Positions 9,564 through 18,102 of a DNA stretch of 43,576 bases are shown here, piece after piece (position 1 is the first letter of the stretch; each line of letters starts with the position of its first letter). Source of the DNA: a bacterium (GTDB lineage Bacteria; Krumholzibacteriota; Krumholzibacteriia; LZORAL124-64-63); contig JANOEP010000006.1 in NCBI GenBank assembly GCA_031441465.1, positions 1-43,576 of the forward strand, read 5' to 3'. Position numbers and translations under genes: made by a program. The notes under the pieces were generated by a model, which did no database searches, was not told where the DNA came from, and saw only the letters and a program-made list of their open reading frames with translations.

Positions 9564-9638
9564 TGGGGCGTCGTCAAGTGGCAAGACACAAGGCTTTGGT
9601 CCTTGCATTCGCAGGTTCGAATCCTGCCGCCCCAGCCA
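9564..9638 (+). tRNA. tRNA-Gln (anticodon TTG)
   Basis: Acceptor TGGGGCG/CGCCCCA, anticodon arm CAAGG-CTTTGGT-CCTTG, T arm GCAGG-TTCGAAT-CCTGC, encoded CCA; U1-A72 pair. Confidence 0.97.
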
Positions 9639-9639
9639 T

Positions 9640-9737
9640 CCCGCCCCGCGACTCCGATTCCCTGTTTACCGTTCCCGCCCCGTGCCCTATCTTTGCGCCG
9701 CAGCCGCGGCGTCCCGGCCGCCCGCCCCGCGACTCCG
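9640..9737 (+). repeat. 17-bp direct repeat CCCGCCCCGCGACTCCG (9640-9656, 9721-9737) plus a partial copy at 9674-9682
   Basis: Read directly in the tRNA-prs spacer. Confidence 0.8.
9665..9693 (+). promoter_or_regulatory. Putative promoter for prs
   Basis: TTTACC(9665-9670)-17 nt-TATCTT(9688-9693). Confidence 0.5.
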
Positions 9738-9759
9738 CTCTCCGAAAGGACCCCCGGCC

Positions 9760-10692
9760 ATGAACGAACTCGTGCTGATCAGCGGCAACGCCCACCGCGA
9801 GATGGGGGAGAAGATCGCGGCCCATCTCGAGAAGTCCCTGCTCAGCGTCGAGGTCGCGCGCTTCTCCGACGGGGAGATCAACATCAAGATCAAGGAGAAC
9901 ATCCGCGGCACGGACGTGTTCATCATCCAGCCCACGCAGCCGCCGGCCGAGAACATGATGGAACTGTTGCTGCTCATCGACGCGGTGCGGCGGGCTTCGT
10001 GCCGGCGGGTCACCGCGGTGCTGCCGTACTTCGGCTACGCGCGCCAGGACCGCAAGGACCAGCCGCGCGTGCCGATCGGGGCCCGGCTGATGGCCAACCT
10101 GATCACCACCGCGGGGGCGGACCGCGTGCTGACCATCGACCTGCACGCCCCGCAGATCCAGGGCTTCTTCGACATCCCGCTGGACCACCTCTACTCGGCG
10201 CCGGTCCTGCTCGAGCACTTCAAGGACCGCTCCCGCGAGAACCTGGCCGTCGTGGCCCCCGACGTCGGCAGCATCAAGATGGCGCGCTCCTTCGCCAAGC
10301 GCCTCGAGGCGCCGCTGTCGGTCATCGACAAGCGGCGGCCGCGCCCCAACGAAGCCGTGGTGATGAACTTCATCGGCGACGTGCGCGGGATGGACGTCAT
10401 CATCTTCGACGACATGATCGACACCGCGGGCACCATCACCCAGGCGGCCGACGTTTGCGTGCAGAACGGCGCCGCGTCGGTCACGGCCTGCGCCACGCAC
10501 CCGATCTTCTCGGGGCTGGCGCTCGAACGCCTGGCCGCCTCCAGCGTGTCCGAGGTCGTGGTGAGCAACACCCTGCCCTTCACCCGGGGGGCCGAGTGCC
10601 CCAAGGTGAAGGTTCTGGACCTCTCCGGCCTGCTGGCCGACGCCATCGAGCGGATCCACCTGGAGAAGACCGTCAGCAAGCTGTTTGTCTGA
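9760..10692 (+). CDS. prs: Ribose-phosphate pyrophosphokinase
   Basis: FSDGEI, PYFGYARQDRK, DLHAPQIQGFFD, IDKRR, DDMIDTAGT. Confidence 0.99.
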   Translation: MNELVLISGNAHREMGEKIAAHLEKSLLSVEVARFSDGEINIKIKENIRGTDVFIIQPTQPPAENMMELLLLIDAVRRASCRRVTAVLPYFGYARQDRKDQPRVPIGARLMANLITTAGADRVLTIDLHAPQIQGFFDIPLDHLYSAPVLLEHFKDRSRENLAVVAPDVGSIKMARSFAKRLEAPLSVIDKRRPRPNEAVVMNFIGDVRGMDVIIFDDMIDTAGTITQAADVCVQNGAASVTACATHPIFSGLALERLAASSVSEVVVSNTLPFTRGAECPKVKVLDLSGLLADAIERIHLEKTVSKLFV

Positions 10693-10708
10693 GGTCCCGG
10701 CCCGGTCC

Positions 10709-10737
10709 TTGACAACCCGCCGGAAAAATGCTTTATT
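10709..10737 (+). promoter_or_regulatory. Putative promoter for rplY
   Basis: TTGACA(10709-10714)-17 nt-TTTATT with an upstream TG. Confidence 0.6.
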
Positions 10738-10750
10738 TGGCGGTCTTTGA

Positions 10751-10858
10751 AGCGGAATGCCCGCTGACCCCGTGCCGGACCGCGGCGCGCAGGCGAAAGC
10801 CGCGCGTGCGGGTGTTCCGGCGTGTCCCCCGGGGATGCAACGCGACACCTTGTGGAGG
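10751..10858 (+). promoter_or_regulatory. Structured 5' leader of rplY (three hairpins)
   Basis: AGCGG/CCGCT (10751-10765); long bulged stem 10774-10821 capped by GAAA; GTGTC/GACAC (10822-10848) just before SD GGAGG. Confidence 0.5.
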
Positions 10859-10866
10859 CTGCTGCC

Positions 10867-11502
10867 ATGGCTCTGATCGACATGACCGTCTATCCCCGGA
10901 CGACCACCGGCAAGAACGCGAACCGCCGGACCCGCGCCGCCGGACGCACCCCCGCCGTAGTCTACGGCAACCATCGCGAGCAGGCTAGCAGCCTGGAGAT
11001 CGACACCGTGCAGCTCGGGCGCATCCTCGACAAGCACAGCGGGCAGAACCTCATGTTCTCCCTGAAGGTCGAGGGCACCGGCGAGTCCTTCGTGGCCGTG
11101 ATGCGCGACTTGCAGCAGCATCCGGTGACCGACATGGTCTACCACTGCGACCTGCTGGAGATCCCGCTGGACGTGCCCCTCTCCCTCGAGGTGGGCCTGA
11201 ACATCCACGGCGAGATGAACAAGCTGGTGCGCACGGGCGACGCCATCGTGGACGTGGTGCGGCGCACCGTCGAGATCGAGTGCCTGCCGCGCGACGTGCC
11301 CGCGCACCTGGACGTCGATTATACCGAACTGAAAATCGGCGAGAAGATGACCGTGAGGAATCTGGTCTTCGAAAAGGGCCGGATCATGACCGACCTCGAC
11401 GAGATCATCCTGAAGCTGAACACCCACACCTTCATCGAGGCCGCCGCGGCCGTCGTCGAGGGTGAGGTCGCCAGCCCCGAGAAGAAGGACGACGCGAAGT
11501 AG
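10867..11502 (+). CDS. rplY: 50S ribosomal protein L25/Ctc (long form)
   Basis: RTTTGKNANRRTRAAGRTPAVVYG, QQHPVTD..HCD, EIECLPRDVP; follows prs. Confidence 0.95.
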   Translation: MALIDMTVYPRTTTGKNANRRTRAAGRTPAVVYGNHREQASSLEIDTVQLGRILDKHSGQNLMFSLKVEGTGESFVAVMRDLQQHPVTDMVYHCDLLEIPLDVPLSLEVGLNIHGEMNKLVRTGDAIVDVVRRTVEIECLPRDVPAHLDVDYTELKIGEKMTVRNLVFEKGRIMTDLDEIILKLNTHTFIEAAAAVVEGEVASPEKKDDAK

Positions 11503-11533
11503 CGGCGACCGGCCGCGGCGCCGGCGCGGGATC

Positions 11534-11563
11534 ACGGCGGGGCGGCTGCGGCCGCCCCGCCGT
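11534..11563 (+). terminator. Perfect 13-bp hairpin after rplY (terminator or processing stem)
   Basis: ACGGCGGGGCGGC-TGCG-GCCGCCCCGCCGT; U-tract weak. Confidence 0.55.
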
Positions 11564-11624
11564 TCGTGTCAAGGCCATGCCGTTCGCGTGAAGGACCGGT
11601 CGTTCGCAGACAGGGGAGATCGGC

Positions 11625-12281
11625 GTGCAGTTGGTGGTGGGCCTTGGGAATCCCGGCGAGCGTTACATCTGGACGCGGCACAACCTGGGTTTCCGCGTGG
11701 TGGACGCCCTGGCCGCCCGCGGGGGACTGCGCTTCGGACCCGTGCGCCACGGCTGTGCGGCGGCGTCGGGGGTGATCGGGAACCGCGAGGTCGTCCTGGT
11801 CAAGCCGCAGCTCTACATGAACCGCAGCGGAGAGGCGCTGGCGGCCCTGGCCCGCGCCGAGGGGTGGGTACTACGCACTGAGGGCTGCCCGGCCCCGGAA
11901 CCGCCGGCCGCGTCCCCCATGCCGCCTGCCCCCCCGCCCGCATTCCCCCCGCCTCTGGCGGTCTGCGACGACATCGCGCTCCCTCTGGGCTCGCTGCGCT
12001 TGCGAGCGGGCGGCAGCGACGGCGGCCACCGCGGCCTCGAGTCCCTGGGCCACACCCTCGGCGGCACGGGCTTCCCCCGGCTGCGGCTGGGCGTCGACGG
12101 CAGCGAAACGGGCATCCCGCCGCCGGACTGGGCGGACTATGTCCTGGCGGAATTTCCCGTCTCGGAGCGTTCCGCGTCCGCGGAACTCGTGCAAGACGCC
12201 TGCGACGCCCTGCTCTGCTGGCTGGCGCTGGGCACCGAGGCCGCCGCCGGCCGCCACAACCGACGGGGTGGCCGCCCCTGA
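11625..12281 (+). CDS. pth: Peptidyl-tRNA hydrolase
   Basis: VVGLGNPG..Y..TRHNLGF, KPQLYMNRSG, DDIALPLG, GGHRGL, RLRLGV, DYVL. Confidence 0.95.
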   Translation: MQLVVGLGNPGERYIWTRHNLGFRVVDALAARGGLRFGPVRHGCAAASGVIGNREVVLVKPQLYMNRSGEALAALARAEGWVLRTEGCPAPEPPAASPMPPAPPPAFPPPLAVCDDIALPLGSLRLRAGGSDGGHRGLESLGHTLGGTGFPRLRLGVDGSETGIPPPDWADYVLAEFPVSERSASAELVQDACDALLCWLALGTEAAAGRHNRRGGRP

Positions 12282-12304
12282 TCCCGGATCGCGGGTTCGC
12301 GGGC

Positions 12305-12333
12305 TTGCATTGGGGTAGGGGAGCGGTTATCAT
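12305..12333 (+). promoter_or_regulatory. sigma70-like promoter for rpsF-rpsR-rplI
   Basis: TTGCAT(12305-12310)-17 nt-TATCAT(12328-12333). Confidence 0.7.
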
Positions 12334-12428
12334 GGGCGGTCGGTCGTTTCGGCGACCGTCGGTGTTCCCGCCCGTTCGCCGGGTCCGGGACGCCACAGCA
12401 CAGGGCGCGGCCAGTCCGCGCGATCCAA

Positions 12429-12505
12429 CCCTGCCCGGAGCACCGTCCCGGACCGGATCCCGGTCCCCGGCGGCTAGATTTCGGGCCGTCAGTCCGAGGG
12501 GAGGT
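12429..12505 (+). promoter_or_regulatory. Putative S6:S18 ribosomal protein leader
   Basis: CCCT-GCC-CGGA (12429-12439) can pair with TCCG-AGGG (12493-12500) next to the GGAGG SD, leaving a C-rich bulge; inner hairpins are present. Confidence 0.55.
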
Positions 12506-12512
12506 CCAACCG

Positions 12513-12917
12513 TTGAAGAAGTATGAGATCATCTTCGTGTTGCAAGCCGACGAGCCCGAAGTCGAGCTCGAGGCGCGCGTGGCGAAGGTCCAGGCGTTCG
12601 CCGAAAAGCACGGGGGCGCCATCACCGAGCACAACCATTGGGGCGTGCGCCAGCTGGCCTACCAGATCCAGCACGAGACCCGCGGGAACTACATGCACCT
12701 GCGGTTCCGTTGCGGCGGCGACGCCATCGCGCCGATGGACACGGAGTTCCGTCTGGACCACAAGATCCTGCGTCACCTGATCGTCGTGGACGAGGAGTGG
12801 AAGGAGCGCAACGAAGCCAGCATGGCCGAGAAGCGCAGGATCGCCTCCGCGGCGAACTCCCGTTCCCCCCGCTTCGCCGCCGTCGAGAGCCATGAGCCCG
12901 AATCGGCGGACGACTGA
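12513..12917 (+). CDS. rpsF: 30S ribosomal protein S6
   Basis: KKYEIIFVL, WGVRQLAYQI, GNY, ILRHLIV; TTG start. Confidence 0.95.
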   Translation: MKKYEIIFVLQADEPEVELEARVAKVQAFAEKHGGAITEHNHWGVRQLAYQIQHETRGNYMHLRFRCGGDAIAPMDTEFRLDHKILRHLIVVDEEWKERNEASMAEKRRIASAANSRSPRFAAVESHEPESADD

Positions 12918-12971
12918 GACGATCGCCACCGCGGCCGGCCAGGGGCCGGTCCCGAGCAAGGAGAGTGACGC

Positions 12972-13226
12972 ATGGCCAAGCGACCGGTGAAGGAAAAGAA
13001 GAAGCGTCCGCCGAAGAAGAAGAAGTGCTTCTTCTGCACGGAGGGCTACGTCGCCATCGATTACAAGGACGTGGACCTCATGCGCAAGATGACCACGGAG
13101 CGCGGCAAGATCTCGCCGCGGCGCAACACGGGGACCTGCCCGAAGCACCAGCGCATGCTGGCGGCGGCCGTGAAGCGCTCGCGCCAGATCGCCCTGGTTC
13201 CGTTCGTGAAGGAATACTTCCGCTAA
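12972..13226 (+). CDS. rpsR: 30S ribosomal protein S18 (Zn-binding C+ form)
   Basis: [41 protein letters not shown]. Confidence 0.98.
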   Translation: MAKRPVKEKKKRPPKKKKCFFCTEGYVAIDYKDVDLMRKMTTERGKISPRRNTGTCPKHQRMLAAAVKRSRQIALVPFVKEYFR

Positions 13227-13308
13227 GCCCGGCCGACGGCCGCGCGCCGCGTCGGCGCGACGGGCGCACCGGCGACGGCGACAGCGGCAGCGAGAAAGAG
13301 ACAAAGCC

Positions 13309-13758
13309 ATGGATGTGATCCTGATCAAGAAGATCGACAACCTCGGCGACGCCGGCGAGACCGTGAACGTGGCGCGCGGTTACGCGCGCAACTTCCTGGT
13401 CCCGCGCGGCATCGCCGTCGTCGCCGACGACAGCAACCGCCGCCGGCTCGCCGAGGACGCCCGCTGGACCGACCAGCGCTCCGCCAAGACGCGCCGCGCC
13501 GCCCAGGAACTGGCGGCCGGTTTCGCCGACGTGTCGTGCACGATCGCCGTGCAGGCTTCCGAAGAGGAGCGCCTCTACGGGTCGGTCGGGGAGCGCGAGA
13601 TCGCCCAGGCGCTGGCCGGGCAGGGGCGCGAGGTCGACCACAAGCAGATCCTGCTCGAGGAGCCGATCAAACAGCTCGGGGTCTACACGGTCCAGCTGCG
13701 GCTCCACGCCGAGGTCGAGGTCCCGATCAAGGTCTGGGTGGTGAAGGCGGAATCCTGA
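13309..13758 (+). CDS. rplI: 50S ribosomal protein L9
   Basis: VILIKKIDNLG..G..VNVARGYARNFLVP, LYGSV, PIKQLG.Y, LHAEV. Confidence 0.98.
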   Translation: MDVILIKKIDNLGDAGETVNVARGYARNFLVPRGIAVVADDSNRRRLAEDARWTDQRSAKTRRAAQELAAGFADVSCTIAVQASEEERLYGSVGEREIAQALAGQGREVDHKQILLEEPIKQLGVYTVQLRLHAEVEVPIKVWVVKAES

Positions 13759-13790
13759 CGGCCGTCCGGCCCAGCCAGGTAAGGACGAGC

Positions 13791-14882
13791 ATGCGGGAAC
13801 CGTCTCTGCCCGATCGCACCGACGGCGTCTGCGTCATCATGGCGGGGGGCCGGGGCACGCGCTTCTGGCCCCTCAGTCGTCTCGGTCGCCCCAAGCAACT
13901 GCTGCCGCTCGGCCGGCGGGGCACCCTGCTGCGCGAGACCTTCGAACGCGTCGAGCCCCTGGTCGGCGCGGGCCGTGTCCTGGTGATCACCCAGGCGGCC
14001 CAGGCCGCCGCCACCGCGGCCGAACTTCCCGAACTGACCCCGTCGCAGATCGTGGCCGAACCGTGCGGCCGCAACACGGCGGCGTGCGCCGCGCTCGGCG
14101 CCGCCGTCGCCGGCCGTCTGGCGCCGGGCGCGCCCCTGGCCCTGCTCCCCGCCGACCATCTCATCGGTGACGACCAGGCGTTCCGCGCGCAGCTGCGCCG
14201 GGCGTTCCAGCTGGCCGCCGCGGGGGCGGAGGTCGTGACGCTCGGCGTGCCGCCGCAGCGGCCCGCGACGGGCTACGGTTACATCGAGACGGCGCCCGGG
14301 ATCGCCGCCGGCGTCCTGCGCGGCGTGCGCTTCGTGGAAAAGCCCGGCGCGGCGGCGGCGGCCGGGTTCGTCGCCTCGGGGAACCACCTGTGGAACAGCG
14401 GTGTTTTTGTCTGGAACGCCGCCGGTTTTCAGCGGGCGCTCGCCGCCCACGCCCCCGGTCTCGCGGGACGGATGGATGCCGCGGCGGCAGCGTGGGGCGG
14501 GCCGGACTTCGCGGCGGCGCTCGCCGCCGCCTACGACGGTTGCCCGGCGCTCTCGGTCGACGTCGCGATCATGGAAAAACTGCGGGACTTCTGTGTCATC
14601 CCGGCGGCGTTCGCCTGGAGCGATCTCGGCAGCTGGGACAGTTGGCGGGAGCACGCCCCCGACCTGGGGGGCGACAACCGCGGCGTGGCCCGCCGCGTCA
14701 TGGGTGACGGGCGCGGCCACACGGTTCACGCTCCCGGCAAGACGGTCGTCCTGCTGGGCGTCGAGGACCTGATCGTCGTGGACACCCACGACGCCCTGCT
14801 GATCTGCCGCACCGACGCGGCCCAGCGGGTCAAGGAGATGACCGACAGGCTCGCGGCGCAAGGCGACGACGACCTGCTCTGA
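13791..14882 (+). CDS. manC: Mannose-1-phosphate guanylyltransferase
   Basis: IMAGGRGTRFWPLSR..RPKQLL, EPCGRNTA, PADH, TGYGYI, FVEKP, WNSGVF, WSDLGSW, LIVVDT.DALLI; no cupin PMI domain. Confidence 0.9.
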   Translation: MREPSLPDRTDGVCVIMAGGRGTRFWPLSRLGRPKQLLPLGRRGTLLRETFERVEPLVGAGRVLVITQAAQAAATAAELPELTPSQIVAEPCGRNTAACAALGAAVAGRLAPGAPLALLPADHLIGDDQAFRAQLRRAFQLAAAGAEVVTLGVPPQRPATGYGYIETAPGIAAGVLRGVRFVEKPGAAAAAGFVASGNHLWNSGVFVWNAAGFQRALAAHAPGLAGRMDAAAAAWGGPDFAAALAAAYDGCPALSVDVAIMEKLRDFCVIPAAFAWSDLGSWDSWREHAPDLGGDNRGVARRVMGDGRGHTVHAPGKTVVLLGVEDLIVVDTHDALLICRTDAAQRVKEMTDRLAAQGDDDLL

Positions 14883-14917
14883 ACGATGACCCCGAACCTG
14901 AACAGGAGCACGCGATC

Positions 14918-16165
14918 ATGACCATCCCCTCGACCGTGCGCCGCTTCGCCTGCGCCGCCCTGCTGGTGTCGACCGCGCTGGCGCTGGCGTCTTGCCATGG
15001 CAACTCGACCCCGGGCGGTTTTCCGAAGGGCGATCTGTTCGGCAACGGGCAGAAAGACCCGACGCCGGTCGTCGCCCGCGTGGGAGGCGTCGAGATCACG
15101 CAGCGCGATCTCGAACTCAGGCTGAAGGAGATGCCCGACGACCTCAAGCCGCAATACTCCGACCCGGCCTCGCAGCGGCAGCTGCTGCGCCTGATGATCG
15201 GCGAGTTGCTGTTGGCGCAGGCAGCGATCGAAGCCGACGTGACGGCGGTTCCGGACGTCTCGCAGCAGCTGATCTCCCAGCGGCGCACGACCTTGATCGA
15301 CGCCTACAAGGAGATGGTGCTCTGGAAGGATCTGGCTCCGACGCCGGAGCAGATCGCGCAGGAGTACGAACTCAACAAGGCGATCCACTACCAGGTCATG
15401 CCTTCGGTGCAGGCCCGCCACATCCAGTGCAACACGAAGGAGGAGGCCGACGCCGCCTGGGCCCGCCTGAACTCCGGCGGCAAGATGTCGGCGTTCCCTT
15501 ACGTCGTGGCGGATCTGTCGCGCAATTCCCTGTCGATCCAGCAGGAGGGCGTGCTCGGCTGGTTCAACCGCGGCGGTTTCATCAGCGCGCTGCCCTACGG
15601 CAAGGAGTTCAGCGAGGTCGTCTTCGACTGGAGCTTCGGCCTGCACCCGCCCGTGAAGATCGGCGGCCATTGGCACATCGTCGAGATCCTGGAGCGGCAA
15701 TCAGCGCGGACCCTGTCACTCGCCGAGGTGAAGGACCGCATCGTCGATCAGCTGATGCCCGGCCTCCAGCAGTCGGCCAAGGAGGAGTTCCTGGCTGCCT
15801 GCCTGAAGGAAGAACCCGTCGAGTACTTCGGCGAATTCCGGCCGGGCAACGGCCGCACCGCCGAAGAGCTGCTGAAGCTGGGCATGCTCGCCGCGAACTT
15901 CGAGCGCCAGTTGGAGATCTACGACACGCTGCTCGAGGACTACCCGGACAGCAAGGAAGCGCCGATGGCGCTGTTCATGAAGGCCAACCTGTACCTCGAC
16001 ACAACCGGCGACATGAACCGGTGCCGGCACTACCTGCTGCAGACGCTCGAACGCTACCCGCAGAGCGAGATCCGGGACCAGGCCCAGTTCATGCTGGACA
16101 ACCTGGGCAAGGTCGACTTCAAGTCGCCGCGCTCCATCCAGGAGCTGAGCGCGCGGCCGCGCTGA
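14918..16165 (+). CDS. Parvulin/PpiC-type peptidyl-prolyl isomerase lipoprotein with C-terminal TPR-like domain
   Basis: Lipobox LASC; VVARVGG..IT; ARHIQ, GVLGWF, WHIV; C-terminal YPDSKEAPMALF and YPQSE repeats. Confidence 0.8.
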   Translation: MTIPSTVRRFACAALLVSTALALASCHGNSTPGGFPKGDLFGNGQKDPTPVVARVGGVEITQRDLELRLKEMPDDLKPQYSDPASQRQLLRLMIGELLLAQAAIEADVTAVPDVSQQLISQRRTTLIDAYKEMVLWKDLAPTPEQIAQEYELNKAIHYQVMPSVQARHIQCNTKEEADAAWARLNSGGKMSAFPYVVADLSRNSLSIQQEGVLGWFNRGGFISALPYGKEFSEVVFDWSFGLHPPVKIGGHWHIVEILERQSARTLSLAEVKDRIVDQLMPGLQQSAKEEFLAACLKEEPVEYFGEFRPGNGRTAEELLKLGMLAANFERQLEIYDTLLEDYPDSKEAPMALFMKANLYLDTTGDMNRCRHYLLQTLERYPQSEIRDQAQFMLDNLGKVDFKSPRSIQELSARPR

Positions 16166-16289
16166 GCGGCGACGCGGCGGGAGGCGGGGGGGCGTTGCCA
16201 GCGCTCCCCCGCTGTGTTATGACTGCGCCGCGGCGGCACCGGCGCCGCGCCGTGCGGCGCGGACGCGGCTCTCGCCGGGGAGGAATGAC

Positions 16290-18089
16290 GTGACGCTGCG
16301 CCGTCGTCGCTGTGGGTGGATCCTGGTCTGGACCCTGGCTTTCGTCGTGGGCGCCTGCGCCGGCGGCGGCGGGGTCGACCGCGCCGGCCGGTCCCTTTCT
16401 AAAACCGAGCGTGCGCTCGCCGAGCGCCTGTTCGCGCGCCAGCAGGAGGAGCACGGCCTCGGCAACGACCGCACCGCCCTCTCGCTGGGCCATGAACTGC
16501 TCGATCGCTACCAGGGGTTCGCCCGCCTGGACGAAGCGACGCTGCTGGCGGCGCGCTCCGCCAGGCGCCTGCACGATTCCGGCGAAGCCCTGAAGCTGAC
16601 GGGCGAGTTCCTGGCGGCCCATCCCGACGCCGCGGGCGTGCCCGCACTTCTGGACCTGCGGGCCGAACTCCTGGGCGAAGCGGGGGATGCCCCCCGCGCC
16701 GCCGAGACGCTCGTCCTGCTGTACGACCATGCCGCCACCGCGTCCGCACGCGAAGACGCGGGGGCGCGGCTGGCCGCCGCGGCCGCCGCCCTGCCCGCCG
16801 ACGCCCTCGGCGCCCTGCGCTCCGCTCATCCGGGTTCGGGCACCCGCCCCCTGCTCGGCTACCTCTGGACGGGCAAACTGCTCGCGGAACGCCGCGACGG
16901 CGAAGCGCGCGACGCCGTGGCCGTCCTGCGCGGCGAGTCGCCCGCCGACGCCTGGACGGCGAAGGCCGAGGCCCTGCTGCGCGACCCCGAGGCGGCCGTG
17001 TTGGCCGAACGCCCCCGGCAGCCGGGACCCGACGGCGTCGACCCGCAGCACGTGGCCGTGCTCTGCCCGCTCACCGGGCGCCATACCGTCCTGGGCAACG
17101 CCTTCTACGACGGGGTGCGCCTGGCGCGCGACGAAGCCGGGCGCCGCGGCTGGCGACAGTACACGGTGACCGCCCACGACATCGGGAGCGACCCGGTCGC
17201 GGCCGTCCTCGCCGTGCGACGTCTGCTGGCCGAGAAACCGCCGGTGGCCCTGATCGGCGCCCTGCTGAACGCCCCGACGGTGGCCGTGGCGCTGGTCGCC
17301 GGAGAAGCCGGCCTGCCCCTGATCTCGCCCACGCCCACCGACCCGCGGCTCGAGGATCTGGGACCGTGGGTGTTCGCCACCGGCGCCGACGGGGGCGCCG
17401 AGGCGCGGCTGGCGGCCCGCTTCGCCGTCGAGTCGCAGCGCCTGACCCGCGTGGCGGTGCTGCATGCGGACGACCCCGAGGGCCTGCACCGTTACGAGCT
17501 GTTCGCGACCGAGGCGATCGAGCGCGGCGGGACTCTGGTCGCCGCCGAGGCCGTCCCGGCCGACGCCGCCGCCATCGCCGACATCGCCGACATCGCCGAT
17601 CAGGTGCGCAGGATCGTCGCGGCCGGCCCCACGGTCGTCTACGTGCCGATGGATCCGGAGCGGTTGCCGCCCCTCGCCGCGTTGGCGGACCTCGCCGCGA
17701 CGGGCGCCTTGATCCTGGGGCCGCGAAGCTGGAACACGCCCGCGCAGGCCGCCCTGCTCGGCGCCACACTGCCGCGACTCGCCTTCCCGGGCGACGCGAA
17801 CGCCGGCGAATCCGGCTGGTCCGCGCGTTTCGACGCGCTGTGGGACGCGCGGGGGCGACCGCCCGCAGCGACCGTCGTGGCGCGCCAGGCCTTCCTGGGG
17901 GCGATGCTGCTCTTCGACACGTTGGGAGAGAGCGGTGCGACCCGACCGGTCGATCTTGCCGCGGCGCTCACGGCTCGCCTGACGCGCGTCCGGTCGGCCG
18001 CCTGGACTGCCGAGCAATTGCCGACCGCGATGCGGACCGTGCGCGACGGCGCGATCGTACCCTGGCCGGCCGCGTCGCCCCGCGACTGA
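16290..18089 (+). CDS. LpoA/LppC-like lipoprotein (TPR-like N-terminus + periplasmic-binding-protein type 1 fold)
   Basis: Lipobox VGAC; helical N-terminus; VAVLCPLTG..G...DGVRLA, LIGAL, PLISP, VAVLH, VVYVP. Confidence 0.7.
   Translation: MTLRRRRCGWILVWTLAFVVGACAGGGGVDRAGRSLSKTERALAERLFARQQEEHGLGNDRTALSLGHELLDRYQGFARLDEATLLAARSARRLHDSGEALKLTGEFLAAHPDAAGVPALLDLRAELLGEAGDAPRAAETLVLLYDHAATASAREDAGARLAAAAAALPADALGALRSAHPGSGTRPLLGYLWTGKLLAERRDGEARDAVAVLRGESPADAWTAKAEALLRDPEAAVLAERPRQPGPDGVDPQHVAVLCPLTGRHTVLGNAFYDGVRLARDEAGRRGWRQYTVTAHDIGSDPVAAVLAVRRLLAEKPPVALIGALLNAPTVAVALVAGEAGLPLISPTPTDPRLEDLGPWVFATGADGGAEARLAARFAVESQRLTRVAVLHADDPEGLHRYELFATEAIERGGTLVAAEAVPADAAAIADIADIADQVRRIVAAGPTVVYVPMDPERLPPLAALADLAATGALILGPRSWNTPAQAALLGATLPRLAFPGDANAGESGWSARFDALWDARGRPPAATVVARQAFLGAMLLFDTLGESGATRPVDLAAALTARLTRVRSAAWTAEQLPTAMRTVRDGAIVPWPAASPRD
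17573..17599 (+). repeat. In-frame 9-bp tandem repeat (CATCGCCGA)x3
   Basis: Encodes IADIADIAD. Confidence 0.85.
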
Positions 18090-18102
18090 TGCACTTCCTG
18101 GT

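Noticed and set aside
16181..16223. Hairpin and TTGCCA-17-TATGAC before the LpoA-like gene
   Set aside because: The -10 lacks the final T and the stem is imperfect; too weak to call.
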